A stretch of 64,000 nucleotides of DNA from Giardia intestinalis (lineage: Eukaryota), in the NCBI GenBank assembly GCA_000002435.2, contig CM018793.1; one strand, 5' to 3'. This document shows, in pieces, positions 1-9,414 of this stretch; within the stretch, counting starts at the first letter, position 1; every line of letters starts with the position of its first letter. The notes under the pieces are model-generated. The model was given only the letters and a program-made list of their open reading frames with translations, had not been told where the DNA came from and ran no database searches. The translations under genes and the position numbers were made by a program.

Positions 1-404
1 CGATAACGTCTTCTACTGCCCCCGGGAGCAACACACATGCTAGCCCACTCTGCTACTCATTTACAGATGGCCTATCGACGGCTGTCCCCATAAACGCTAT
101 GGTCTACGTAATCCAAGGGGTTGTGGATAAGAAGATAAATATGATAATTCAAACATCATCATTCATCTTCGCTTGCGCACAGATTAACCAAAAAACTGCG
201 GTGATAGCCGCTATCTCACGCATCAACAGCTCTGTAATCGTGCAGATTGTGGCGCAGCTTCAACAATTGGCAGATGCTATCGACATAGATTCGCACAAAA
301 GGTCGAAATTCACCGAAGCAGTATCTGACATCTTCATGAAGCGCAATAGCGCCATATAGCATTCGATTGGATCTTGAGTACACAAACAAGGTTTAATTAG
401 TTTC

Positions 405-422
405 TAGTTCAATTTAAAATAA
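405..422 (+). promoter_or_regulatory. AT-rich initiator-like element (caatttaaaataa) immediately upstream of the ATG at 423
   Basis: Sequence shows tctagttcaatttaaaataaATG. Giardia genes typically use a short AT-rich initiator within ~20 nt of the start codon. Similar A/T runs precede the ATGs at 22488 (aatttgtaaataaaATG) and 17600 (tttttgaaaataaactgtcATG). Confidence 0.4.
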
Positions 423-1022
423 ATGAGTTTTGGTGTGCTGTTGCCTGGGAAACCACCGATCACAGAATTTGAAGTTCGCGGAGACTCCCAGTTGACGCTC
501 TGCATACCAGAAGTCACGAGTGTGACGCACGTGACCGTCTTTGCAATCCAGCCCCCTCCCCTTCCCGATGGATACACTTATGGCATCTATCTGCAGCAGG
601 GGCACAATCTTTGGGTATGCATCGGGTTAATCCATGCAGGCTGTCACTCCATCTCCGTGGCTATCGGCAAGTACATGGTCGACAAACAGATAAACTACAC
701 CGGGTATATTCACATTACCATAGCGACCACTGAGGATTGCATGAGGGCACTAGAAGACGCCAGAAGCAAGTATGATATCAAGGATCGGGGGCACCAGCTG
801 CTTGATCAGATTGGCGAGGCTTTAGCCAACGATCTAGTGAAGTATCTTGTTTCTTATGAAGGAATAGACTATAACGGAGATCAGTACATTCCAAGCGGTG
901 TACTGGACAAGTGGACAGAAACGTATCACCAGAGGGTCAGTACGTCTAGTCGATTTTGGCGCCCGCTTGATTCTTCTTGTCTGTGTGTATCTCATCAAAC
1001 GTCACCACAACCTCATCAGTAG
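423..1022 (+). CDS. HIKESHI: Hikeshi/OPI10-like protein (Hsp70 nuclear import carrier family)
   Basis: ATG verified at 423 (atgagttttggtgtgctg). N-terminus MSFGVLLPGKPP...VTHVTVF..PPPLPDGYTYGIYL and C-terminus IPSGVLDKWTETYHQRVSTSSRFWRP parallel human Hikeshi (MFGCLVAGRLV...HVVVF...PFPEGMGG.VY... IPANVVLKWYENFQRRL..NPLFWK). The family assignment is from recalled sequence, not a search. Confidence 0.6.
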   Translation: MSFGVLLPGKPPITEFEVRGDSQLTLCIPEVTSVTHVTVFAIQPPPLPDGYTYGIYLQQGHNLWVCIGLIHAGCHSISVAIGKYMVDKQINYTGYIHITIATTEDCMRALEDARSKYDIKDRGHQLLDQIGEALANDLVKYLVSYEGIDYNGDQYIPSGVLDKWTETYHQRVSTSSRFWRPLDSSCLCVSHQTSPQPHQ

Positions 1023-1512
1023 CCGGAGGGAAATAGCTCGGCCTTGTTGGAATGTTTGGCCACAGATGGAAAGGAGCCCACGCTGTAGGAGGAGTGAGGC
1101 CGTGAGGGCTCATATTAACACTGGGATCAAAGACAGGGTTTCCGGCGGCAGAGCAGATTAGCTTGACCTTCTGTGATATTTCATAGTCAACAAACAGCTT
1201 AGGGATTTTGTCTGGTTCGTAGACAATGATCATGTCTGATATGTCTGCAGATTTATAGTAGTAGTCTCCATCAGCAGACACATATGACTCTGTCGCCAAG
1301 GGCGTTTTAAAGACTCTGAAGGGGTACACACGGAGAAGATTGTCGTACTGGCGCAACAGGTGCATCTCTCCCGACTGACCAGTAATATCAAAGACGAATT
1401 CAAATGCAAAGTCTGGATTGCGACGAGCAGCCTCGGCAAGGGCATCAGGAAGCTCAACAATGTACTGCTCCTGGCAGAGAAAGTCGTCTTTCAACATGTC
1501 CACCGATGTCAT
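946..1512 (-). CDS. hypothetical protein (188 aa)
   Basis: ATG verified at 1512-1510 (atgacatcggtggacatg = MTSVDM). The ORF is convergent with the Hikeshi-like gene and overlaps it. I recognise no family. Confidence 0.4.
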   Translation of the reverse strand: MTSVDMLKDDFLCQEQYIVELPDALAEAARRNPDFAFEFVFDITGQSGEMHLLRQYDNLLRVYPFRVFKTPLATESYVSADGDYYYKSADISDMIIVYEPDKIPKLFVDYEISQKVKLICSAAGNPVFDPSVNMSPHGLTPPTAWAPFHLWPNIPTRPSYFPPATDEVVVTFDEIHTDKKNQAGAKID

Positions 1513-1606
1513 CGGCTCGTTATTATTGTTGTTATTATCATTTTGCTATTTATGGTAAATTGCAATTTACTATCTTGCCATATATTATTGAAAGAAGGTG
1601 TGCTGC

Positions 1607-2656
1607 ATGCAGAACACTACAAAAGTAAAGGTTCAGCTCCTGAAGACCCTTGATGATGGATCGGTAGACCCTAACTGCTACGCGTGCAAGATGGGTCATG
1701 TGATATTAACAAGTGATGGAAGGATATCCTCTGAGTCACCAGCAGTCAAAGATAAGCAGTTGCTAATCAAAAAGAACGGGAAAGTTGATAATAGGTCAGC
1801 AATATGTAAGAAAACTGTAGATCAGGATAGAACTATTCAGGCCCCCTTGGGTTCATCTTTGTCGATGACACACCCGAATACCATGCTTGCCACTCGTGAC
1901 AGCACAGAGACAACCACGCCTGGCGTGCAACAAGGCTCTACTCTATCTATTTCATCTGAACGCAAGCCAACTATACACACCACTGTTTCTCCAGCCCCCT
2001 CTGCCCCTCTATCAATTCCTAATACAATAGTTCAGCCCCCTGCTTCAAATCAACCAAATCAGCTTTCCTCTTTGGCCCCAATTTCACTACCGCCTCCCGT
2101 ACCAACTGTTAGGCAGTCTCCCCAACTACAAACCCATGCGACCGCACACAGGAATCCACAGTTTCCACCATTGAGTCATCAGGAAAAGGCCCCCGTCCCC
2201 AAAGGATCAGAGCACCAGGCTCATAATAGTAGTGTTCATAGTACAGAGTCTATTTTCAATCGAGCAGGCATTCCAAGGACTCACGAGTTCGCTTGCGTAG
2301 CGTATTCTATGGCCTCTACCAGAAGTTATTTTACGTACAATTTTCTGTGTTTCCTTCAACGTTTGTTCCATCGTCCCGTGGACACCGAAGAGGAGAGTAT
2401 TCTGGGGTTGCAGCCCTTCTACAATTGCTTGAGCCAAGAAGCAAAAGATGTGCTCATGAGAAATCTTCCTGGGTGCGAAAAAGAGTTAGTATTGCGTCTA
2501 TTGGGACAAAGCATTCAGCTAATGAGCCCATCTGCACTGTCTGTCATCGATGCAATTGAAAGTGCCATAAGTGAAGACAAGCCGTTCACTAACGCATGCC
2601 AAACGTTGTATCAGCTAAGCAAGCACGTAAGAAGCACATTACTGGCGAATTCATAG
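1607..2656 (+). CDS. hypothetical Ser/Thr/Pro-rich protein (349 aa)
   Basis: The track ORF starts on GTG at 1598. The first ATG is at 1607 (atgcagaacact = MQNT). Low-complexity S/T/P-rich middle region and a structured C-terminal ~120 aa. No recognisable domain. Confidence 0.4.
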   Translation: MQNTTKVKVQLLKTLDDGSVDPNCYACKMGHVILTSDGRISSESPAVKDKQLLIKKNGKVDNRSAICKKTVDQDRTIQAPLGSSLSMTHPNTMLATRDSTETTTPGVQQGSTLSISSERKPTIHTTVSPAPSAPLSIPNTIVQPPASNQPNQLSSLAPISLPPPVPTVRQSPQLQTHATAHRNPQFPPLSHQEKAPVPKGSEHQAHNSSVHSTESIFNRAGIPRTHEFACVAYSMASTRSYFTYNFLCFLQRLFHRPVDTEEESILGLQPFYNCLSQEAKDVLMRNLPGCEKELVLRLLGQSIQLMSPSALSVIDAIESAISEDKPFTNACQTLYQLSKHVRSTLLANS

Positions 2657-2685
2657 ATACTGGCCCGCTGAAATCATAGATGAAG

Positions 2686-3309
2686 TCATAGAAGGTGTGC
2701 AAACCTCTCTCTGGCAGCAGAGACATTTATGTGGCAGTACCCATTTGGCCTACTTGCCAGGTACTTTTGATGCATCTCTTCGGCCACGCTATAGTTTTTC
2801 AGCTCAGCTACCTCTGTCACAATCGGTTTCTCATAGGATGGCCGAAGCTCCTGCACTTTCTTTTCTATTATCTGAACGTCATCCTTTTCACATGGAAGGT
2901 AGTAAATCCCGGACCTGTACTGTGTCCCGACGTCATTTCCTTGAGAATTTTTGCTCGTCGGATCGATCACAGCGAAGAATATGTCGAGTATGTTTTCTAG
3001 TGTGATCACCCGTCTATCATACTCAATGGCCACAGCCTCCGCAGCGTCTGTTGCGCCAGAACAGACGGACTGATATGAAAGCCCGCAAGCAGGGACGTTT
3101 GCATGCTTGAGAAATGGAACAGTCTGGGCTTCTACGCTACCAGATGGCATCACTCCACGTGCATCTGTGCTTGCGTTTGCATAACCAACGACAGTGGTAC
3201 AGATACCCTTGAAGCTATCCATAAGCGCCTGGAGGCCCCAGAAGCAACCACCCGCGAGGACGATATGCCTAACCTCAACTGCCTCCTCTTGACGCCCCAC
3301 ACCATCCAT
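2686..3309 (-). CDS. msrA: peptide methionine sulfoxide reductase MsrA
   Basis: ATG verified (atggatggtgtgggg = MDGVG). The N-terminal IVLAGGCFWGLQ carries the GCFWG catalytic-cysteine signature of MsrA. Downstream I see ...DPT..N.QG.DVGTQYRSGIYY, the conserved MsrA core. Length is 207 aa. Confidence 0.85.
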   Translation of the reverse strand: MDGVGRQEEAVEVRHIVLAGGCFWGLQALMDSFKGICTTVVGYANASTDARGVMPSGSVEAQTVPFLKHANVPACGLSYQSVCSGATDAAEAVAIEYDRRVITLENILDIFFAVIDPTSKNSQGNDVGTQYRSGIYYLPCEKDDVQIIEKKVQELRPSYEKPIVTEVAELKNYSVAEEMHQKYLASRPNGYCHINVSAARERFAHLL

Positions 3310-3336
3310 TTTAAATTTTCTTCGGCTCCCCGATTG

Positions 3337-4302
3337 ATGCAGCTAGACTGCACGGCTCTGGTGGCGCTTCTCAAGTCGGGAGGAATGTCATCAGTTCGGC
3401 TGTTTGAGCTAGCACAACCTTTGCTCCAAAATGAAACCACTCTTGCGTCTCTTTGTTCTAAACTTACTGACGCAATGAAGCGGGAATTCGACTGGTCTGA
3501 GGAGTGTAAGAAGCCGTTATCGGTGTTCTTCTTTGAGAGAGCTTATGAGTTCTTCATTGCAGTGCTTCCATTGACAAATCTCAAACATGAGACTCAATTG
3601 ATTGAACTATTTACCTTTACCGAGCATTTTTTAACCTATCAGATGAAAAATCGCGGCCCGGCGCACTATCAATTGGTTTTTGTGGCGGAGAGGGTCAATG
3701 ACAAGGCAAGTGACATTCTTGGTTGTACTTCTAAATCTGCTTCTGAATTGTATATCAGACGGTATAGCAGACTCTTAGATGTCCTGTTTGACTCACTCAC
3801 AACTCCTAACTTCCGCATCCTCGCTTTGCAGCGAATCATACAGCATATCTCACAGGTCATTGTCCCAGCCTCTTCCGATACAGCGTTAGCAGCTCTGGTC
3901 TACCTCCTCACGGATATGACGTTGAACATTGACGCCTGGACAGTGGACACGATCATCTCGTTATTTAATCATGCAGCACAGCTGGCGCTTTCCATGGCCC
4001 TTGCTTTTCAGTGTCTCTTTGCGGAAAGCCTCATCGAAACCGTGCGGGTGCTCGCGTCCAATACGTTGGTGTATAGCTTCCTTGATAGCAAGCACGTCAC
4101 AGCCCTTAGCCGGACTCTTCTACGAAGCCTGTCGCTTTTGCTAGACAAACAGGATGTCCTGGACAAAGTTAAAGGAACTACTGACATGACATGCTTACTT
4201 TCTAGCATTGATAACATGGCCCTTGCACTAGACGACCAAGGTATCAAGGAACACTATGACAAACTCCTATCTGCTCTAAGCTTAACTTCTGGCTGCGTTT
4301 GA
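3337..4302 (+). CDS. hypothetical alpha-helical protein (321 aa from the ATG at 3337)
   Basis: The track ORF (3103..4302) overlaps the MsrA 5' end. The first ATG clear of MsrA is at 3337 (cgattgATGcag). An alternative start is at 3385. No recognised domain. Confidence 0.45.
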   Translation: MQLDCTALVALLKSGGMSSVRLFELAQPLLQNETTLASLCSKLTDAMKREFDWSEECKKPLSVFFFERAYEFFIAVLPLTNLKHETQLIELFTFTEHFLTYQMKNRGPAHYQLVFVAERVNDKASDILGCTSKSASELYIRRYSRLLDVLFDSLTTPNFRILALQRIIQHISQVIVPASSDTALAALVYLLTDMTLNIDAWTVDTIISLFNHAAQLALSMALAFQCLFAESLIETVRVLASNTLVYSFLDSKHVTALSRTLLRSLSLLLDKQDVLDKVKGTTDMTCLLSSIDNMALALDDQGIKEHYDKLLSALSLTSGCV

Positions 4303-4333
4303 GTAGAAAAAAGTGAATTCGGCTTTGCTAGCT

Positions 4334-5494
4334 ATGAGCAAACCGCAAGATAGTGCTCTAATATCTTCTGCGGCGGTGACTCAGACCCCAGATGCATCCA
4401 TGCTTCACGTAAACCAGGAGAAACAGAGCGCTATTACCGCGTCTCAAATTGGCAATGCTGGGCTTTTCCTTTCTGCAAATACTTCAGTGATGCAAGAAAT
4501 GTCATCTACACAGGCGTTCCACATCCTCAAATTGCAGCCCCAGTCTGCTACCAACGGTGCTACTTTTACCCTCCTAGAAGACAAGGAGGTTATTGATAAG
4601 CTTGACTCCATGGCCACTCAGATTCACGAGCTTAGCTCGGCCATTTGTGTGATGAGCGATGACCTCTTCAAAAAGTCTGCCTTAATTGCTGATTTGACCA
4701 AACAGTTACAAAGGTCTGAACGAGAGCTGGTTAGGCTCAGCACTATCCAAAGGCCACCAGAGCCTACGTTAGCTGAAGGTAGTCATCCTCCATTGATAAC
4801 TGGAAGCAATTTGCCGATTAATGTGGAGTTTGCCACTCTATCTTTTCAGTCTAATCAATCTGACGGTACTCCTCCAGTATCCACACTTCTAACCAATGAA
4901 CCTGCCCTAGATTCGACGCCGCCTCTTACAATGCAGCTTTCATTAAGCAATCCCCCTGACGATGCCTATGAGCCGGAATCGCCTGTTAACTACCGCAGAT
5001 CCGAGCTGAAGACATCAATAGATGATAACGTGCAACCGACAAATGACTACGCGGTAGAAATCACAGAGCTCAAGGCTCTGCTCTCTAACCAAGACCATCT
5101 CATCAACGCGCTTGTAAGCATTGCTAACGAAGAGGCTGAGCTACTCAAAGTATTGTTGATGGATGAAGAGTATCTTCCAGAAGATGTCAATGGGATTCCT
5201 TGTATCGCCGCGGCCATTGATACACTTAAGGAGTCAGGTATCCTATTAGTTCGCGACGATTTAGATTTACACAGAAATGTCAAGACCAAGCTGATAGAGC
5301 TGCAAGAGCTACGGTTTTCTGTGAAGCTGCTAGGTACTGTAAAGCAGAGGACTGATGATCGACTTCTCGCAGTCGCCCAGAAGGTTTCTACTTCGCTGTC
5401 GAAATTTGAAAGGATGTTTTGCTACTTTGTGATCCTGGGTCTCTGTGCTTTGCTTTTTAGTCAATGGATTGTTAATCCGTGGAAATATAATTAA
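4334..5494 (+). CDS. hypothetical coiled-coil protein with C-terminal transmembrane anchor (tail-anchored, 386 aa)
   Basis: The track start 4313 is GTG. The first ATG is at 4334 (gctATGagc). A hydrophobic C-terminus (FCYFVILGLCALLFSQWIV) lies 5 residues from the stop. A heptad-like region (ITELKALLSNQDHLINALVSIANEEAELLKVLL...) precedes it. Confidence 0.45.
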   Translation: MSKPQDSALISSAAVTQTPDASMLHVNQEKQSAITASQIGNAGLFLSANTSVMQEMSSTQAFHILKLQPQSATNGATFTLLEDKEVIDKLDSMATQIHELSSAICVMSDDLFKKSALIADLTKQLQRSERELVRLSTIQRPPEPTLAEGSHPPLITGSNLPINVEFATLSFQSNQSDGTPPVSTLLTNEPALDSTPPLTMQLSLSNPPDDAYEPESPVNYRRSELKTSIDDNVQPTNDYAVEITELKALLSNQDHLINALVSIANEEAELLKVLLMDEEYLPEDVNGIPCIAAAIDTLKESGILLVRDDLDLHRNVKTKLIELQELRFSVKLLGTVKQRTDDRLLAVAQKVSTSLSKFERMFCYFVILGLCALLFSQWIVNPWKYN

Positions 5495-6036
5495 AAATAA
5501 TGCAACAATTCTATTGTGGCCGATAACCCAGATTGCATAAGGTTGTCTAATCACTTATGACTCCACTTACATGTTAGTGGAGGTATCTGTAGATAGGTAA
5601 ATCCACGACAGCGCTTAGTAGGTCAAAACTGGACAGATGTGTCTAGTAAGCGTCTAGCTAAACTTAGAGCTAGTCAACTCAGGATTATAGTTTCATTTTG
5701 TGCCCTGAAAGCAGTTGCACTGAATCAGGACATCTCGACTACCTTGTGCTGGTGACTCTCTCTACTGATGGACACGTGCCAGCACGCTACCCTCTGTGCA
5801 TCCGATGACGACAACTCGGGTTCGTTACTGGAAACGGAGGACTCCTTCAAGATGGGACAGTCCTACGCATGGCACCACAAGCCACACAGGAAATCGCGGT
5901 CCATTGGTGACACGTAACCGCTCGGTAGGAATATATCCACATGTGGGCAGGACTAGCTCTCTGCGCCACAACTGCTGTTGATGACCCCAGAGTCGCCCGG
6001 ACAGTCCAGCGGTACGTAAAGCACATATAAACCAGT

Positions 6037-8137
6037 GCGTTTACTACCTAAGTCATGCCTTCCCTCTGCATATGAACCACCAGCAGAGGAAGCCCACAAG
6101 GCCAGCCACGACAACCACCACAGCGACGGAGATACCTGCTATGGCGCCTGTGCTGAGGCCGCTTCTGTTGCCCCCGCTGGGCTTGGTGGACACGCACGCC
6201 TCACCCTCCAGCCTGTAGTCGTCCCCGCACCGGCCGCACTTGTTCTCCTCGCTGCACCTGACGCACCCGTCGATACTGCAGGCGATGCACTGGGAGCCGT
6301 CTGTGTTCGGCCTCTGGTCTTTACTGGTACAGGCCTCGCACTTGCCGCCTGCTCCACAGTGCGAGCATCCGTCAACGGTACAGGTGAAGCACCCGCTCCC
6401 AGCCAGGTTGGGCTTGTTGTTGCCGCTACACGCTGTGCATGTGGCAGGGGTCATGCCAGGAGCCTCTAGCGCTGCTGGGGCCGTGCATGCTGTGCAGCCA
6501 TATACTCCCACATATGCCTTAGCGGTGCTGCCAGCCCCTATCACTGTGCCAAGGGGGTTCTCGCAGGCCAGGACAGACTGATCAGTATTGGATGCCCCCG
6601 GGACCAGGAAGTACCGGCCGTTCTCGCTGGGGGCGGTGCACCTCCCTCCCTCGGCGGTCTTGCACATGTGGCTGCCAGGAGCCTTCGACACATCATAGCA
6701 GCCGCCCATGTACAGGAAGAACCCGGCAGCACACCGGGTGCAGACGCCGTTCTCGCAGGTGTTGTCACCCTTAGTTCCTGTGCAGACCCCATCGATGGGG
6801 AACGTGGCGGGGTCTCCGCACAGCGAGCAGTACTGGGAGAACGCCCCGGCGCTGTCAACGACGACCGCCCCGCAGGCCCCAGACGTCCCCCCGCAGGCCG
6901 TGGGGTCCTCGCAGACCTTTGTGCACTTCACCGGATTGGTTCCCTCCTTGCGATAGTTGGACTTGCAATCGGTGCATGTAGGGGTTAGGCCGCTGTTACA
7001 TTGGGAGCACCCCTCTATGCCATTGTCGGCTTTACTGTCGCAGGCGAAGCACTTACCAGCAGAGCCGGGTTGTTTCAGGAAGTACCCTGGCTTGCATGTA
7101 TCACACTTATCATTTCCAGCTTGAGTGCAGGTGGCGCAATTCTCGCCACAAGGGTCGCAGGTAACTGAGTTCCCGCTTCCCTTTTTTATATACCCAGCTA
7201 AACAGGCAGAGCATTGATCCTTGCCTGGACAGCTGCTACACCCGGCAACGCCGCCTCGCGCATCATCGCCACATAGGACACAAGCCTTTGGAGGTGTTTG
7301 ATCAATAAAATGAGTGCTAGTGCACTCTCCCTCCGCAACGCATGTCGTCGTCCCGTCTGCCGCTGTCTTCACTATCTTGCTACTGCTGCAGGTCTTACAT
7401 TGTGGTTGACTAATAGTTGCATTGTACTCACAGGTGGCACAGTCAGCTATGTCAGTAGCGCAGGCCTTGCACTTGTCTACTTTTGGATCTGCATAGCTAT
7501 CACTACCACATCCACTAGCCTCTACACACTCAGTCCCCTTCAGGAACTTCCCCTTGGGGCAGGCGGTGCACTGAGTCGGAGTAGCAGACTCACACGTCAA
7601 ACAGCCGGGTCCGCATTGCACACATGCATCGCCCTTCTTGGCGTACCCTCCTTGGCATGCAGTGCACGTGGCAGCCCCTGTACCGCCACCTGGCGCCGTG
7701 CATGTGTAGCAGCCCGCCACCCCCGTGACTCCGTCTCGCGGAGCGACGTCCGAGCAAAGCACGCACTCGTTGCCAGGGGCTACTGGGCTGGCCGGGTTCT
7801 GGAATAGATACGCGGCGCCTGCCTTGCAGGTGGTGCACACCCCCTTGTCGGCCGCCGTGCAGATCTCAGACCACTGGCTCGTCTTGTAGCACCCGCCCAT
7901 GAAGAGGAAGTACCCGTCCCCGCACTTCCCGCAGATAGTATCCGACCCCGCCAACGCGGTCCCGTCTGCCCTGGTGCACCCGGCCGCCGCGGCCTGGGGG
8001 GTGCCGGGGGGCCAGCAGAAGCCGCCGACCGGGACGCCCCCGGCCCTGCACTCGGTGCAGATCTCGGAGTACCCGACCGTCTCGCACTTGTCGGTCTGGC
8101 AGCTCGCGGCGTGGTCTCCGTCTGGCTGGCAAGGCGC
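6037..8137. repeat. 2,101-bp inverted repeat, arm A (VSP coding region plus 19 nt of 3' flank)
   Basis: This is the reverse complement of 14998-17098. Translated ORFs are identical in every frame, for example 7298..7807(+) equals 15328..15837(-). I found only two synonymous differences, near 6164 and 6185. Identity stops 19 nt past the stop codon and inside the signal-peptide codons. Confidence 0.85.
6039..6053 (-). terminator. VSP extended polyadenylation signal ACTTAGGTAGTAAAC overlapping the stop codon
   Basis: The minus strand reads TGACTTAGGTAGTAAAC. This matches the conserved VSP 3' motif ACTYAGRTAGTRAAY, which contains the Giardia poly(A) signal AGTRAAY. Confidence 0.6.
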
Positions 8138-8179
8138 CGCGAGTATGCTTGTCACAAGGTGCAATGCAATCAGCAACAT
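6053..8179 (-). CDS. vsp: variant-specific surface protein (VSP), intact copy (708 aa)
   Basis: The ATG at 8179-8177 is verified and gives the signal peptide MLLIALHLVTSILA. The protein carries dozens of CxxC motifs and two GGCY motifs (FLFMGGCY, FLYMGGCY). The C-terminus is a TM helix (ISVAVVVVVAGLVGFLCWWFI) followed by the invariant VSP tail CRGKA-stop. The 735-aa track ORF extends upstream through a non-signal N-terminal extension. Confidence 0.9.
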   Translation of the reverse strand: MLLIALHLVTSILAAPCQPDGDHAASCQTDKCETVGYSEICTECRAGGVPVGGFCWPPGTPQAAAAGCTRADGTALAGSDTICGKCGDGYFLFMGGCYKTSQWSEICTAADKGVCTTCKAGAAYLFQNPASPVAPGNECVLCSDVAPRDGVTGVAGCYTCTAPGGGTGAATCTACQGGYAKKGDACVQCGPGCLTCESATPTQCTACPKGKFLKGTECVEASGCGSDSYADPKVDKCKACATDIADCATCEYNATISQPQCKTCSSSKIVKTAADGTTTCVAEGECTSTHFIDQTPPKACVLCGDDARGGVAGCSSCPGKDQCSACLAGYIKKGSGNSVTCDPCGENCATCTQAGNDKCDTCKPGYFLKQPGSAGKCFACDSKADNGIEGCSQCNSGLTPTCTDCKSNYRKEGTNPVKCTKVCEDPTACGGTSGACGAVVVDSAGAFSQYCSLCGDPATFPIDGVCTGTKGDNTCENGVCTRCAAGFFLYMGGCYDVSKAPGSHMCKTAEGGRCTAPSENGRYFLVPGASNTDQSVLACENPLGTVIGAGSTAKAYVGVYGCTACTAPAALEAPGMTPATCTACSGNNKPNLAGSGCFTCTVDGCSHCGAGGKCEACTSKDQRPNTDGSQCIACSIDGCVRCSEENKCGRCGDDYRLEGEACVSTKPSGGNRSGLSTGAIAGISVAVVVVVAGLVGFLCWWFICRGKA

Positions 8180-9414
8180 TATAGTGCGACACAGATAGTG
8201 ATAAAGCTCTGCTGGTGGCAGCGCACTCTTCTGATGAACAAGCTCTGTTTTTGGAGTCACCAGTCAATCTCGATTATCATCAACTTCCATCTCAGAAGGT
8301 TGTCCAATACGTGCTCAGTGGAGAGTGCTGACTGTCAGATCGCATCTCTACCAGTACTTAGGGCGCTGTGGCATCCAACTCTGGAGTATTGAGTGTTGTC
8401 CTCTACCATAGTGCCCACAGCCTTCTTGTATGTGACGCCCGTGACTATCACGTGTTCTACCGCACCCAACTGGCGATCACTATCCTGATGCTTTGCTATT
8501 GCTCTCGCTCTTTATACAGGGCGTCTCAGAGAGGGTGACTCTGCTCAAGACTAAGTCGGCCAACGCCAAACAGGCTGCTCCCCTAGACACTGATATCCGT
8601 TTGTACTATGCTGCTGAGCCCCCACCTGAGCGTGGTCTAGGAGTCTCACGAATAACTTCTCGTTCAATTCCTGGCCAGTCTGAGGGCGAGGGTTGGTTGT
8701 AGACAGCAAACAGAGGCTTCTCTCTAGTATTGTATCCAGAGTCTTTTGCCTTCCTCGGTTACTTTGCGGGAACGTGCGCTATCTGAGAGTGTGCATCTAA
8801 AGCCCTGGTCTTCTCACAGGCTCATGTGGTTTGCTAGAGGTCCCTCGCTTCACGGTGGGTGAGGCTCTGGCCGCTGTCTTTTTTAGATGTTCCCGCCTGT
8901 CGAGGGCTGACATCGGGGCTCTCTCCACTGGCTGTGTCCCGGTCCAGCTAGTGGGTAGAAGAGGACTGATAGGGGGCTCCTGATGGGGACCGGGTGGGTG
9001 GTGTCCGTATGTGCCTCTGTCCTCTCGCTGTGGTATCCATCTGGTTACTGGATGACACCCACGCCCACCGCCTTGCACTTGTCGGACTCTGCTCTGCTCC
9101 GATCGCCGGGCTGGTCTGATCTCCAGCCCGCGTTGCACGAGACACAAGCCCAGGCACCGACGACCGCACTGGGCCCATGGTCGTCCCTCGCACTAGTGGA
9201 GGGGAACACCTGCTTGCTGCCTACGATCATCCCATCCTCGGACAGATCAGGCCTGGACGGGCTGCCGTGCGGACTCTGGATGCGCCTCAGGCGAGGGACA
9301 ATTACTCTCAGTAGATGATTCCTCTACTCGAGTCGAATGAGTCTTATACCCAGATTTACAGTTTTGGAGGACCGACTCGTGCATGCTGCAATATCTTGCA
9401 TGGATGGCGGCGAA

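Noticed and set aside
99..359. 86-aa ORF with an ATG at the window start
   Set aside because: No recognisable domain, poor AT-rich initiator context, short. It is indistinguishable from a chance ORF. It could also be the 3' part of a gene extending beyond the window.
3103..3336. Upstream extension of the plus-strand ORF overlapping the MsrA 5' coding region
   Set aside because: It would create a ~200-nt divergent CDS overlap with a well-supported MsrA. I placed the start at the first ATG clear of MsrA, at 3337.
6139..8267. Many 60-170-aa ORFs on both strands inside the VSP repeat arms (e.g. 6240..6581, 6541..6858, 7298..7807, 7866..8267 and their mirror copies at 14835..16996)
   Set aside because: These are alternative-frame or antisense ORFs of a GC-rich, Cys/Gly/Ala-codon-rich gene. 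They are duplicated only because the whole arm is duplicated. There is no independent evidence for them.
8290..9410. GC-rich 1.1-kb spacer between the VSP 5' end and the HCMP 3' end, with ~110-aa ORFs (8797..9147, 8983..9318)
   Set aside because: No recognisable motif, no Cys periodicity or CRGKA, and no AT-rich initiator. It may be a decayed gene remnant, but I cannot support a call.
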